A stretch of DNA of 60,695 nt, filler included, from Sphacelaria rigidula (Eukaryota): the NCBI GenBank assembly GCA_964200075.2. It is 8 parts of 8 records of this genome, joined end to end, with 100 filler letters (N's around TTAATTAATTAA, not from the genome) between each part and the next. Parts side by side here need not be neighbours in the genome. Positions count along the whole stretch, not along the records: positions 1 to 7,500 come from CAXNAA020014631.1; positions 7,601 to 15,100 come from CAXNAA020014632.1; 6 more parts are not named here. One strand, given 5' to 3'. This document shows, in pieces, positions 1 through 11,849 of the stretch; the first letter of the stretch is position 1, and every line of letters begins with the position of its first letter. The notes below the pieces were generated by a model. That model saw only the letters and a program-made list of their open reading frames with translations. It was not told the DNA's origin and ran no database searches. The position numbers and the translations under genes were made by a program.

Positions 1-98
1 CCTTGGACCAGCGATCAACTTTTCTCCCTTTTGGGCAATCAGGCCAAAGAAATCGCGAATTTCGTGATTTTGAGTCGTGATGATTTGTCCTAACCGTG
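1..98 (-). mobile_element. hAT-type MITE family A, truncated by the contig start
   Basis: Reverse complement matches the first ~100 nt of the copy at 23290 (CACGGTTAGGACAA...). Confidence 0.8.
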
Positions 99-879
99 AA
101 CTATTGCTTCTGATGTATCAACCGCCACAAGCATATTCTTCCCCACGCCAAGGGGCTGATATTATGGTGCTACGTGATCCCAAGAGCACATTGTGTTTGC
201 CACGACGCTGTTGTTCTCGTGATTGGCAAATATGTGCTGGATCCTGGAAAGTCCAGGGGATGTTCAAAAACGCGGCTCCCGTCCTTAAGCCCTCTTCTTG
301 GTCACGCTGCACGTGCTGTCGCATGTGACGAACCAGGTCGTGCGTAGTCATTCAAGAGTAGACTTGGAGGAGCGGGTGAAGAAGCAATACGTAACTCCTG
401 TTATCGCCTCATGATTCCCTTGCCTCTTACCTGCTCGTATTCTGCGAGCTGTCCCATGGGTATATGTGGCGATTTTCATTCGGGAGCGGGGGGGGGGTTG
501 ACACAGTGTGACATCGAAAGGGGGTGTGAAAACCAATGAGTCTGCATAAAGCCCGGACTTGAGGGTATGTTCATTTTTGCTTCACGATGCCAGCTCGGAG
601 AGCCTTGTATCGCGAACCTCGGAGTGAATCATGTACGTACCAATTTGTGGTGGTCTTGTTCCACGGCAATTATTTCCCACCAACAACTTTTGGGTTGTTC
701 GGACCAACGCATGGAGACACTGGCGCTAGTTCGATGCCCACTGTGCTATGTGGTTAAGTCATGTAGTAGTAGGCATCGCAATGCCGCAATCGACACGAAC
801 AGTTGGTTGGTGTGCAATATCTCCCCGTCACAGACTGCAGCGATCCGTTTACCGGCGACAACACCACATGCCCGATCAG

Positions 880-3800
880 GTGGCGGGTTTGCGCGAATCT
901 CTACAAGCTACGAAGGACGATGCGCGCGAGATCCGAGAATATTCCGGGACGCTGGACCGACATGCTCAGAGTTTGCAGCGTTCTTTGGATGCTGCCTACG
1001 CCGAACTTTCCGAGGCGCACGATCTTATTGCTAAGGTATGATGACTACAGCCGCGATAGGGTGACCCACGTTACTGTAGAACACGTTGACGTGTTCATCA
1101 CTCATGTGGCATGTAATTTTCTTCTTTGTCCAGGTCGACGCAAGGGTGAACAAAGGGAGCTCCGCCGGTATGACAGAACTGGCTCGCGGAGCTGCGCGTG
1201 CTTTACGGGAAGCCGCAGGAAGGGAAGAAAAATGGAGAGTCAGATTGGAGAAACTGACCAAAACATTCCCCATTCAATCAGCCGTCGAGAGCGCTACACA
1301 TTCCCAGCAGGTACGCAGGACACAGGTCAGAACTGTTCTCTGTTTCACGGTTCGGACGCATCATCGCCGATCCAAATCACCAAATCTACGATTTTTCGGG
1401 CCTGATTGCTCGAAAGAGAGAAAAAGAGTTGGCTGCAGATCAAAAAGGTCTCCGCGCAATTTTTGCGCCATTCCACGTGCCTGGGCTGCGCGTACGTGGC
1501 ATGCAACGCAGAAAACAAGTCTTGAAGGATTGATTCGTACGGTACGAATCAATTACACTAAAATCGAGTAGTTTCCAGGCGAATCATTCATTCGTCTGAC
1601 CCTTGCACTGTTTCATGGCTGACCCATTCCTGGTGGCATTTCCGGGCAAACGGGAACATCCCGTATTTGCACGAGACTAATCTCGCGTCATGGCACGGGT
1701 GATTGCAGCATGTGATGCACCGAGGATTTAGGAAAGACATCTCGACGCCCAGCGTTTTCCCTCATCGAGACCTCGATACGCGGCAGCCTAAAGTGACTTG
1801 AGCTCGATGCGCCAGGAGAACCATCTGAAAAACGTTGATGCTGTGGTACAGCCAAGTGGTCACCCCACAGAGTGCCGTGTGTGCTACTAACGAAGGTGAT
1901 GCAGTTCGTCTACTTACTGCATAGTTGAGAGTTGGTCAGATTTCTGCCGGCAGAAACATCGCGCGGAACCATACCGTTCGTAACACCGTGCACACGATAC
2001 CCGCTCGGTGCATTTGGCACTCGCGGCGATACTGTGTGCGTTTTCCCCCCCAACGGTGCAGTTGTCCCCGCTTCCAAGGACGTGCTGGACGAAGAGTCAA
2101 TCTAAGTCTGTTTCCTATCACCATACGCAAATTCGGGCATAAAGTTGTTGTGTGGCCTCGCGCTCATGCAGCGCGTTGTTTTCGTTGTATTACGCGCGTG
2201 TTTCGAACGCCTTGAAGGTGGGCGTCCACCCTAGTTCGATATTGCGTGGATGAGGACCCGTGCTGTGGCCTTATTGCCTTATCGACGGGGTCGAAACCCC
2301 GCTTGAAACTCAGCCCGGAACACAATCAATAACTGAGCTCAACCAATCGCTTCATACTCAGCCCGCAACGCTTTACAATTGCAGTGCATGAGTAGAAGCA
2401 CCTTTTTGCGCGACCGACTGAGCATTCCGGTGGCTATAAATGTGGGAGAAAAATGATCAGGCACTGTGCTGCTGTGCAAATGTGAAATCGTAATAGATCT
2501 ACAGCACAAACATTCCAATTGTACTCCTTGCCGTACACAAGGTGGATGTTCAACCTTGCCCATCACCAAGCACACACTGCGATCAGCGAGGCCCCCGGGG
2601 AAAGAGTCAAAACAGGAAGGAGACGTATCTGCAAGTGATACGCTCTGCCCCGTGTTGCCCTTCAATAGTACACGGCAAACGTACTGTCTGTATTTGCAAC
2701 CCAACAAACGTTGCACACTTGTCGCCATGGCGCAGTTTCGAAAACGCGAAAATTCCATACGCTGGACAAAAGAATACACAAGTCAAAAAGTGTACTGGGT
2801 CCAGTATCGACTTTTGCGCCTATTGCAACAGACAATATATTTCATACTGTACGCAGTATATTTTTTGACAAAATAATATATTGTCCAATGTGCGTCGAAA
2901 ATTCCCCCATTCTGAGATTACTGTACGACGTCACTGCTCCTCGTTGAACGCGCAGCTTGCAGTAAATCAACTGACCTCTTGAGATGAACCCGAACGCGTA
3001 GACGCCAATGTTGGTGGGACTGCTGGTAAGGCATATATGTGGCGTCACATGAGAAGTGTAATTATTCACCGTGTCCGTGTGTGCAGGTGGAGAGCCTGCT
3101 GAAGGCGCTGGAAGAGGCACTAGTTTGCGGGGATAAAGCTTCCACCGAGCAACAGGTGCGCTGAGTGTTTTTTGTTTTTTTGTCATAAACCCTCGAGAGA
3201 GTCTTGTCGCAGCGGCGAAAATCGAAACAAAACAGCAGCTACTGAGGCAACTGCAAAGCACAAATTGCCGTCACGAATTTGGGCAATAAGAAAGACGTCG
3301 GGCGACATGGGTGTTGCTATCGTCCGGGTCTGCCAAGGAGGCAACGCCGTTGTCACCGTCTCGGTGCTTCCACGCGAACTCAATTGCCGAAGCAATGATA
3401 CAATAGGTGAAGCTTTTTATCCCTCGGCACTGCTTGTTCGTCGATGATGAAATAGCACGCAGCTCAACTTGGACCATCCCTCCGTGTTGTCTAGGGGAGA
3501 GGTGGTGCATCATCGAATTGCTTTGCAAAACGTTTGCACGCGTAATTTATTGCACAAGATGCGAACAGATCCTTGGTCATCGACGCGTTTTTTTTGGCAC
3601 GTTCGATCACGTACCGTTGCCTCTTTCCTCGCGCATTCTTCAACGGTCTACAGGGTCTTGTGCACATCCTCCAGTCTTGCACTTGCTGCATGTGTGATAT
3701 TTTGTGGTGTAGGGTTTGCTGACGTACTGTCGTAATGACTTCTAGGCAAAGGGGCAACTGTTGTTTTATTCCCTCTCTGTACTGTTTAACATCAGGAGTA

Positions 3801-5084
3801 CACACGCATCACCACGACAGGACCCCGTGAGGGGGGTGTTGCCGAATACAGTAGGTGACCCTACGGAGCTCGCTGTGTCGTCGATGTAGCTACCGTCATC
3901 GAGTTATGGATATTCAACTGCTGGACTGTCGAGAGTATGTCGGCGGAATCCGAAACAATTTCAGAGTAACTGTCCAATCGAATGTTCCCGCAGGGTTTTA
4001 GCTACTGTAGGACAGGGTTGGAAACTTTAGATTCTAAACGGCTGAAAGAGGTCATTTTGCGACCCGAGACACTGGAATGCTGTTTGTGGGCGAGTATCGT
4101 GTGCTGTGTTATGTGCCGGTATCAGTGCTCTACGCGGCATCTTCCTGCCTTTGTTGTCGTCACCTTCTTTTAGGTTCCTGATAATCGCCTGGTTATGTAA
4201 TGTTTCGATAGCAACGTGACTCGTGGGGCAAATCGCATGGCACACACGGTAAGCGGTGTCAGAGTTTACCCGATTCATCGCGTGCTTCTTTTGTTCGCTT
4301 GCCCAGTTTTGACTATTTCTACGGAGGATAATATGAGAATAACTTCGAACTGCTAATCTTGGTCTGTCTTTCACTCACCTACCGGGATTTGCTGGAGTAG
4401 GGTGTTCACGAGGTGGCAAGTTTCGGATAACCTTTTCTTGTGCCCAAGCCCGTGTTTTTATGTCAACCTCGGAGCGAGACCGGCTTTTCGTGCAGATCTC
4501 AAGGTTGGTCGAGGGGTTTGGTTTTGTGCTGGCAAGTAATGGCCTGACAACTATACGTAGTTCGTAGTTGGTCAAAGCTATCAAGGTCGAAAGTTCACGA
4601 CTTTGGTCATGCTCACGTGTAGAAATACCCTCATATGCTCGAGAACGAACTCTAGAAGAAGAATTTCGTCACGGAAAGGCGTTTTCAGGAAAAACGGTCT
4701 TGGGATTTTCATGCTGGATCCTGCCGATATTGTGTGTGATGGCAGGGTCACTGATGCCGCACGTAGAACACTGAAGCCATTTGATCGTGATGTTTTCGCG
4801 TGAGCACGACGCGGCACAGCAACAGTGGACCAAAGGGATACTTCGAGATCGCTAAGCGCTAGGATGCGCCGCTCATGGTGGCATTTTCAGATTTGCTTTT
4901 TACTGTACACGGTCAGTATGCCCTGCATTGGGCTATGGCGAATTGTGATTCGTTGCGGCGTGGCCGTCGCTCAATTCGTGTGCAGGCACGTCGACAGCGT
5001 GAAGTTGAGGGAGCCCACTCGAGCGTGAAAGAGCTGAGCGAGGAACTGCGACGACAAGGGCACGTGAACAGCCAGCTCAAACAG
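880..5084 (+). CDS. Partial spliced gene, coiled-coil protein; exons 880-1035, 1134-1310, 3087-3155, 4986-5084
   Basis: Each exon is bounded by AG/GT, has a length divisible by 3 and is stop-free. They join as VAGLRESLQATKDDARE...LIAK / VDARVNK...HSQQ / VESLLKALEEAL...TEQQ / ARRQREVE...SQLKQ, with heptad-like E/K/R/L/Q composition. Start and end are not identified and other exons may be missed. Confidence 0.7.
1346..1605 (+). mobile_element. hAT-type MITE family A (260 bp)
   Basis: Imperfect TIR CACGGTTCGGACG ... CGTCTGACCCTTG; flanks CTCTGTTT/CACTGTTT (7/8 TSD); homologous to the 23290 and 36015 copies. Confidence 0.85.
2757..2892. repeat. Palindromic MITE family B (CCCTGGACA-type ends)
   Basis: Hairpin GTCAAAAAGTGTACTG...CAGTATATTTTTTGAC; homolog at 6025-6160. 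Confidence 0.7.
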
Positions 5085-6024
5085 GTGTGTATGATTCGCA
5101 GTTGCGTCTCCAGTGAATGATGAAGATGCTCGCGTCTCCAGTCTCTCACGACAGGCCTTATGAGCGCTGTATCTGCATCAGTAGTACAAGCATTCACGTT
5201 CATGAGAGCCAAATGACCAACGGGCGGAAAGGCCTCCGCAGCTGTTCTGAAGTATGTCGTCCGCCAAACGAGAGATGCAGTGTGCCAGTTCTGCGTGAGC
5301 ACAAGCTATCTCCAGTATACCAAACGACGGAAGTTGAAATGAAATCACTTGTTGGGTTTCTCATTGTTGCGGGAAGACTGAAAGAGAGTGCTAGCAAGTA
5401 TGACGATGAATTACTGTATGCAGCCTAGCAGCGGATCATGACATATCCTGTACGAAGTACAAGATTCCACCCTAGCACAAGTATCTACGTCGCAACTTCG
5501 ACATCTCGTGAAAAGCGCACACCTTTCGATTGCAATCACCCTTCGGAAACCTTCCTTCCACCTCCGGGTCAGACGCCTCACTATTTCAAGGCTTGAAAAA
5601 AAAAACGATAGGAAAAGGAACACCGAGTGCGAGAAAGAGGAAGCAGGACTCGACAAGCACCCGTCATGCGTATGCAGCGAACTTTAATCCGGGTGCGGTC
5701 GAGTCGATTTGAATACTTAGTCCAACAGTGACGCGCTCCGGGTGAAGTGTGTCCAGTTGTATTTGCGTCGTAATATCATCTGTCGTCAAGTTCCATCTCT
5801 CTAGCGCCCGGGTAGTTTCCAGCACGTCCGCGTATACTTTGCAGGGTCGCGTCATATGCCGAAGTATGCAACTTTGAAGAAAAAACATGCTGCACTGTAC
5901 TGTAATGTACTGTAGTATGCACGATGGATGGTGTCCGAGCTTGCAATGCGCCCCGAGCACGATCTACGGTTCTATTGTATATGTCGCAGTCTTTTGTCAC
6001 ACGTGAATAAATTGCGAAGGGTCA

Positions 6025-6160
6025 ACACCCTGGGAAAAATATCACATTGTCAAAAAGTATACTGCGTGCAGTATCAACTATTGCGCCTATTGCAATCGCC
6101 GATGGAAGCCATACTGCAAGCAGTATAACTTTTGACAATGTAATGTAGTGTCCAGGGTGT
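6025..6160. repeat. Palindromic MITE family B
   Basis: ACACCCTGG...CCAGGGTGT termini with internal inverted TGTCAAAAAGTATACTG; related ends near 44553 and 59314. Confidence 0.75.
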
Positions 6161-6625
6161 GCAAGGATCGTGTTGCGCTCCTTCTCTACTCACGGTACGA
6201 TCAACCAAGGGAAGTGTCAAGGGAAGTCAACAGCCAACTTTCGGTTCCGACCGGACACGTTTGTTTCGCTCAAGAAAAATGAAGTGCCGCTCGCGAGGCA
6301 AGTCACGTGGGGCTTTACACATGCATCACCGCCTTTGCTGTAGGCGATCCTTGATTGTCATCTATTGTCTTGTCCGTGCAGCGACGGAGGAGTCGTCGAT
6401 GGGGTGGCAAAAATAATCAAGCAAACCATCTGAATAAAAGGGATGCGCGTGTCAGAATTGAAATTTGTATATGGGACAGTTCACGGCTGCGGCGTATATG
6501 AGTGCAAAACAGGGCATCAAAGTACCACCTCCACCAGTACTATTTGTACCGCAGGTAGTGTTCATTACTGATCCCTAGTGTGTTACGAGCTAGGCGAGCC
6601 TAGAGGTTAATTTATGGTTTGCAGG

Positions 6626-7200
6626 CGAATACGCCGGCCAATATTTAGAGTTGGAGCGTAAAATTTGGTATGGACAATGTATAGGGCATAATTTGTTTTC
6701 ATTAGTTAAACCTTAGACTGCGAGGGTAGTCTACCTGGGTCGTGGATACCCTTTCCAAGTGAAATTGATGCCGATTGAACGGATGACCCATGTCGCCGTC
6801 TCAGGGTTAAGGGCGTTTTACTGATGCTGATTGAAAACTGATTATTGCCCTTGTCTCATGAAAAAAAATGAGGCTTTTTTTTTCATGCCCTATGCATTGT
6901 CCATACCAAAATTCACACTCCAACTGTAAATTATTGGCGCATTCGCCTTTCAGAAACCGGGTCGGTAGAAATTCGGAGCAATATATCGCAGGCCACTCAC
7001 TGGCCCACGCTTGGTGTTTGTGTATTGAGTTTTTTTGTGGGCTTTCGCTAGGGCATGATTAACAAAACTTTGTGGGTCAGGTTGATTTTATTTTCCACTG
7101 ATTTAGGGCGTTTTAGACAATTTTTTCACGAGAACGCCGTAACCTTTACCACAAAAAAAATGTTGAGTGCGCATTTTTTTTCATTTTCGGCACAACTTCG
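6626..7200. repeat. Foldback repeat family C, interrupted by a TTAA MITE
   Basis: Inverted arms AAATTTGGTATGGACAATG / CATTGTCCATACCAAAATT; colinear with 43261-43800. Boundaries approximate. Confidence 0.75.
6710..6806 (+). mobile_element. piggyBac-type MITE (97 bp)
   Basis: Flanked by TTAA on both sides; the homologous host repeat near 43378 lacks the insert. Confidence 0.85.
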
Positions 7201-7500
7201 TGGTTTATCATGCTGAGTTTCGAATCACAATTCCAAATTGAGTTAAGGAAGGCCTTAGAGCAATTGTTCATTTCTGCTCACAACTCCACTAGAAACACGA
7301 AAAAAAGAAGAGAAATAGGTAATATGTTTTTTGTTTTATTATACACTAGCGGTTCTCCATACGAAATTTCATAGCACAACTCTCAAAATCTGAGACGCGA
7401 TGTCCAGATTTAGGGCATCTAGTGCCTCTGGTGAGGAATAGCAGGAACGGTATTGGAAAGGCGAGCCTACGTCTGTGACCACGGGTCCGCGAGATCGGAC

Positions 7501-7600
7501 NNNNNNNNNNNNNNNNNNNNNNNNNNNNNNNNNNNNNNNNNNNNTTAATTAATTAANNNNNNNNNNNNNNNNNNNNNNNNNNNNNNNNNNNNNNNNNNNN
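7501..7600. other. Artificial contig spacer N44-TTAATTAATTAA-N44 (also 15101-15200, 22701-22800, 30301-30400, 37900-37999, 45499-45598, 53098-53197)
   Basis: Seven identical 100-nt spacers with a six-frame-stop linker; the intervening contigs decrease in length from 7500 to 7498 bp. Confidence 0.98.
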
Positions 7601-7772
7601 GATAAAAAATAAAGGCAAGCACAACAGAAGGAAGGTGAGGTAATAAAAACAAACAAAAAAGAAAAAACTCCTGTGTTGACGTTCCTCCTGTGTGACCCCG
7701 GCTGGTGCGCCCGCATGTACCGAAAGGTGTAGACTGGCGTCCAGAATCAATGGGACGACAACACACACACCC
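7601..7772 (+). mobile_element. SINE-like family F, 3' part ending in (CA)n
   Basis: Reverse-complement homolog of 27755-27910 and 34988-35082. Confidence 0.65.
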
Positions 7773-8699
7773 CTTCTCCGCGCACAAGGTAGACGGTGCG
7801 CGCTCCCTGCACAGTGTTGCAGCCGAGTGGTGACGTCGTTTTCGCAGAACACATTTCCCACAGGTGCAGTGGATAGCTCAGGAACAAAGCCTACTCCCCA
7901 GAGCTGGCCTGTGCTGGTCTTTCGACCGTGCTGCGCCGGGACGTCCCAAATCCCGAGCGCGTGGTGAGGTGCGTATCACCACCTGACTTCTTCTCCCCGC
8001 CCGCGGGCTGTGTCACGTGCACTAATCGGGACATCGCTGCCTTTGCTTCATACAAACTGCCTCCAGAGTCCGCGTTGTCCCCGGTCGCTGTTGGGGGTAT
8101 GACCGCGTCCCTTGGTCCTGCCATCTTGGTCGAATGTTTAGACCACTAGCCGTTGGCAAATCAAATGGACCCTCTAGAGTGTTCCTTGATGCGTGATCCG
8201 TAAGCAGGAACAGCTAGACACGACTGATGAAGTCGATCAAAGGACATGGCTGAGCCGATCATGTTGTTGTAGAAGGGTAGTACTACATAGCTTGACTAAG
8301 GAAAGTAAGGAAGGAAAAGAATGAAGAGAACGAAGTGAACTCTTGTGGCTACCCAACACCGTGGTAAGCGGAGCTCCCAGACATTGCGTACGTGAGTACA
8401 AGGCATACGCCTACGATGGTATCAAACCCCACCGCATGTAACTGTCATAACCCGTGAAGACAGGTACCTCTGTACCTTCGCTTGTCAGTACTGTAGACTA
8501 CACTGAAAAGGCTGTTCATATCAACACGCCGATGGAACGGACTGGAATCGAACGCTTGGGAGAGAGCAGGTACAACTCTTGCAGCTGAAGCGGACTGTAA
8601 ACCAACATCTGAATGCACCACGTTCGCCGGTGGAACGGACTAGAATCGAACGCTTGGGGGAAGGGAAGGGATTGCTACGGCTGGCACGGCAAGTAGCGG

Positions 8700-11233
8700 G
8701 TTCTGATACGTTGGCGATAAGCGAATGGCCCTTTGTGATGAAGACCGCTCATTGCGATCGAAGCGAAGCTGACCGTCAAACATATGTACCCTTGTTTCAG
8801 CCCAGAGTACATCCTACTTTTTCTGCAATTGGTGCAGAGAAAAAAGGTTGAAATGTATACCTTCAAGAGCGTAACCATCAGTTAGCTGTACGCAAAATTC
8901 TGAAGACGCACCGACGGATTTCGGGGCGGTGGAATTTGCCCATGTGAAATTTGAGCTTCAAACTCCCTACTGCTCGGACAGAAAGAATTGTTCCGTTCCC
9001 CATGATCACGTGTTCATTTCCTTTCGGGGGCAGGGCGTAGATCAAACGTACCATTTATTGCACCAGTCCTATGGTGTGAAGCACCATTGTCGGCAATTCA
9101 CTCCTCTGTACCATCACCCACATCAAACCTCGACCCACTCTGGCTAAGCAAAGTAACCCCCGAATTCAAATGACCCAACTCAGAACGTGACTTGCCTTGT
9201 GACACACTATGTGCCATGCACAGGTGAAGCGGCGCAGAGGATGTAGCTGAACCGGAGGAAGGCAGGTCGGAATCAGGTTGGGCATGATGAAGTGATCGCT
9301 GCTGGTGTAGTTGATGGGGGTGTTGCAGTTGAAGTTCACCTTGCTGCGGTGGTGACCGGATTTGTTTGTTGGTGGCGGTTGCGCAGGATTGCGGGGGATT
9401 GCGTGGAAACTGGATACAGTGCGCGTAACCTGCACCGCTGCAGTTGCATAACCTGCACCGCTGCAGTTGCTGCTATCTTCCAACACCCACCCGTCTTCTT
9501 CCCTTCCATTCCAGTACTCTTCGATGTGACTACTTTCTTCGTACCCCCCTTGGTCACCGTACAGTTGCACGGTGTTGATCGATCCATAGGAATGGGTCCA
9601 AGGGGTGGGCTGGTGTCCTCCGTGATGAGATCTACTGTGGGAGGGATTCACATGACGTACCCCCGAATTGACTTCCGGGCGCGCCACTCTACGCCATGGG
9701 CAAAAAGTATGCATGTGGTGCCATTCATCGCATGTGATGCATCGTTTACGGGGGTCTGCGTGGTGGATTGGGGATTTATTGCCTACAGGGCGGTATAAAC
9801 GATCAGGATAACCTGAGTAGTCATATCCACCTTGCGGCGGATGATAATACAGAGCTGGCTGCCTGAGTGGGCATCCCCATCCCCGCGCCCCAAACCACCG
9901 TACCTGGGACTAAACCCTCGCCCTGCGCCCCGTCCTTCACGTCTCGCTTGCTGCTGTTGCTGTAATTGCTGCTGTTGTTGTGGTTATTGACGTTGTTGCT
10001 GCGATGATTGAGCGTGCATTCTAGCGCGTCCGCTACCCCCACAACCTCCAAAACTGTCTGCGCTATGGTACTGCTGCTGGCGAACACCATTTCACGCACC
10101 GCGATCACAACGACTGTCTTGTGCGTGCATGCTTCGTTGTGCGTTGCATTCAGAGTCGTCATGCTGGGTGGTATAGTGGAAATGAAAAAAAAAAAATTAT
10201 GTTGTCGACGTCTCTCACCACCTTGCTGTCGTTCGTTTTGCAGTACGCCCCCGCCCCTGCCACCCCCAGTGGCAGCGACGAGCGCGTGGCCCCGAATCCC
10301 GTCCTGATTCCTGCCTGCCCTGCTCCTGGCCAGTTTCATCTCTCCGTGCGCCGTCATCACTATGCACTCAAGGATCTCTGTAGTTATTTCATCCTGCGCG
10401 AGCAATACACCGCGCGGTATTTCAAAATGAGGTGACAGGCGGCGTATGTAGTGCCGGTTGGCATCTGAATCTGATATTATGACTCCAAGTCTCGCACGGT
10501 TATACCTGATTAACTTTGCTCTATCAAGAAACATCCGGGGGTCCTCTCCAATGTTCATATCTAGACTCTGCCATTCATGTTCCAAATGCGCCTTCTCAGT
10601 AGTTGGGGATACCGTGTAGTAGTCTACGATGTACCTCCATCCCTCGGTGGGGTTACCAAGTCTCACTAGTTGCTGGACGAGCGGAGCATACGTCACTTTC
10701 TCGACCAGTATGTTCCATGCTTTCATGGCTTGTTCCACGAAGTCGTTTCCGAATCTCTGTATCAAATACTGCTCTCTTTCAAAATGTACTCTCATGGGGA
10801 AATATGTATAAAGAGCCTCTTTGCAGAGTTCCTGTTAAAAATACGCCGTCATCTGCAGCTTGAACACGATGAACTTCTGTCTTACTTCCTCACCACCTTT
10901 CGTCGTAGCATCCCGCGCTGCTATACTGTTATGTGACGGTACCCTTAATATGCCAGACTGCCCCATCTGTGCTTGATGCTGCGTGTGCACACGTGCGTCT
11001 TGAAATGCTGTCGTAGTCGTAGGTGGGATGCGCTGCTGGGGGGCCGCCGCTCTTGTCGCTGACGTGCGCGCTTCCAGGCTCGGCTCCTCATCCTGTGCTT
11101 GACTTTGCTGTCGAAGATGTTGTGGCTTTTTTGCTCGCTCCTGTGTAATTCCTGATAGGGTCTCCCTTGCCGCGTCTTGGTCGGCTTCTGGCATTTTTGC
11201 GATGATGTCGTCTACTATATTTTCCCAGTCCAT
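8700..11233 (-). pseudogene. Decayed Ty1/copia gag-protease
   Basis: Gag ORFs 10835-11233 and 9821-10795 (HLEHEWQSLDMNIGEDPRMFLDRAK); CCHC knuckle CITCDEWHHMHTFC near 9700-9741; protease motif E*IADNGASHHRTG near 9062-9103 with W changed to stop; frameshifts. No integrase or RT recognised, so the 3' limit is approximate. Confidence 0.85.
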
Positions 11234-11354
11234 TTTCGATGTCTGAAGAAACCCTGTGGTTACCCTGTAGCAATGCGTAGCCCGATCGCTAGCGTAAAGG
11301 CTTCATTGCTTGCTCGGCGCAAGAGTCTATGTTTGAGAAAGGTCGTGGGACCTC

Positions 11355-11564
11355 TGTTGTTGTATTAATTCCCCGGTAAAAAAATGTATATTATACTCAC
11401 CAAGTAAAACGTAAAAACCCACTCGTGCACTGCCAAAAGGGGGGATTTAATCGTGGAATAATCGCTCATGCAAACATAACACGTCATAGCCTCATTCCTT
11501 GGCCACGCAATGAGGCGTGTGCCCCCCAGTAGATATCGTCATATCGGGTATACCTTAAATAACA
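11355..11564 (-). repeat. Candidate 5' LTR of the minus-strand copia element
   Basis: TGTTGTTGTA...TAAATAACA (TG..CA, imperfect inverted ends) directly upstream of a PBS-like site and gag. No second LTR was found to confirm it. Confidence 0.5.
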
Positions 11565-11849
11565 GAACTGAGTCTCTTATTTGCCTTTCCCCCATATGTC
11601 ATGATCCAATAACAATATCCACTTCTCTTGCATCCAGGCATGTTTACGTGTATCTGTCCTTGAGGGGGAATATATTCGATTACACCACTCAGCTGCTGGA
11701 CCGGTGCTCAATCCGGAGGAGCTGCAAGTACTCAAGTCAATAGCATGACGTTAGGTAGGGTGTCCGGTCTTGGATTCCCAAATGCAACGGATTTGAGTAC
11801 GGGTGCTGTCTTTCAGAGGCAAAGTAACACGCTAGGTACGTAGATACTA

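Noticed and set aside
7545..7556. TTAATTAATTAA recurring every ~7.6 kb as a biological periodic signal
   Set aside because: Always centred in N runs; it is an assembly linker.
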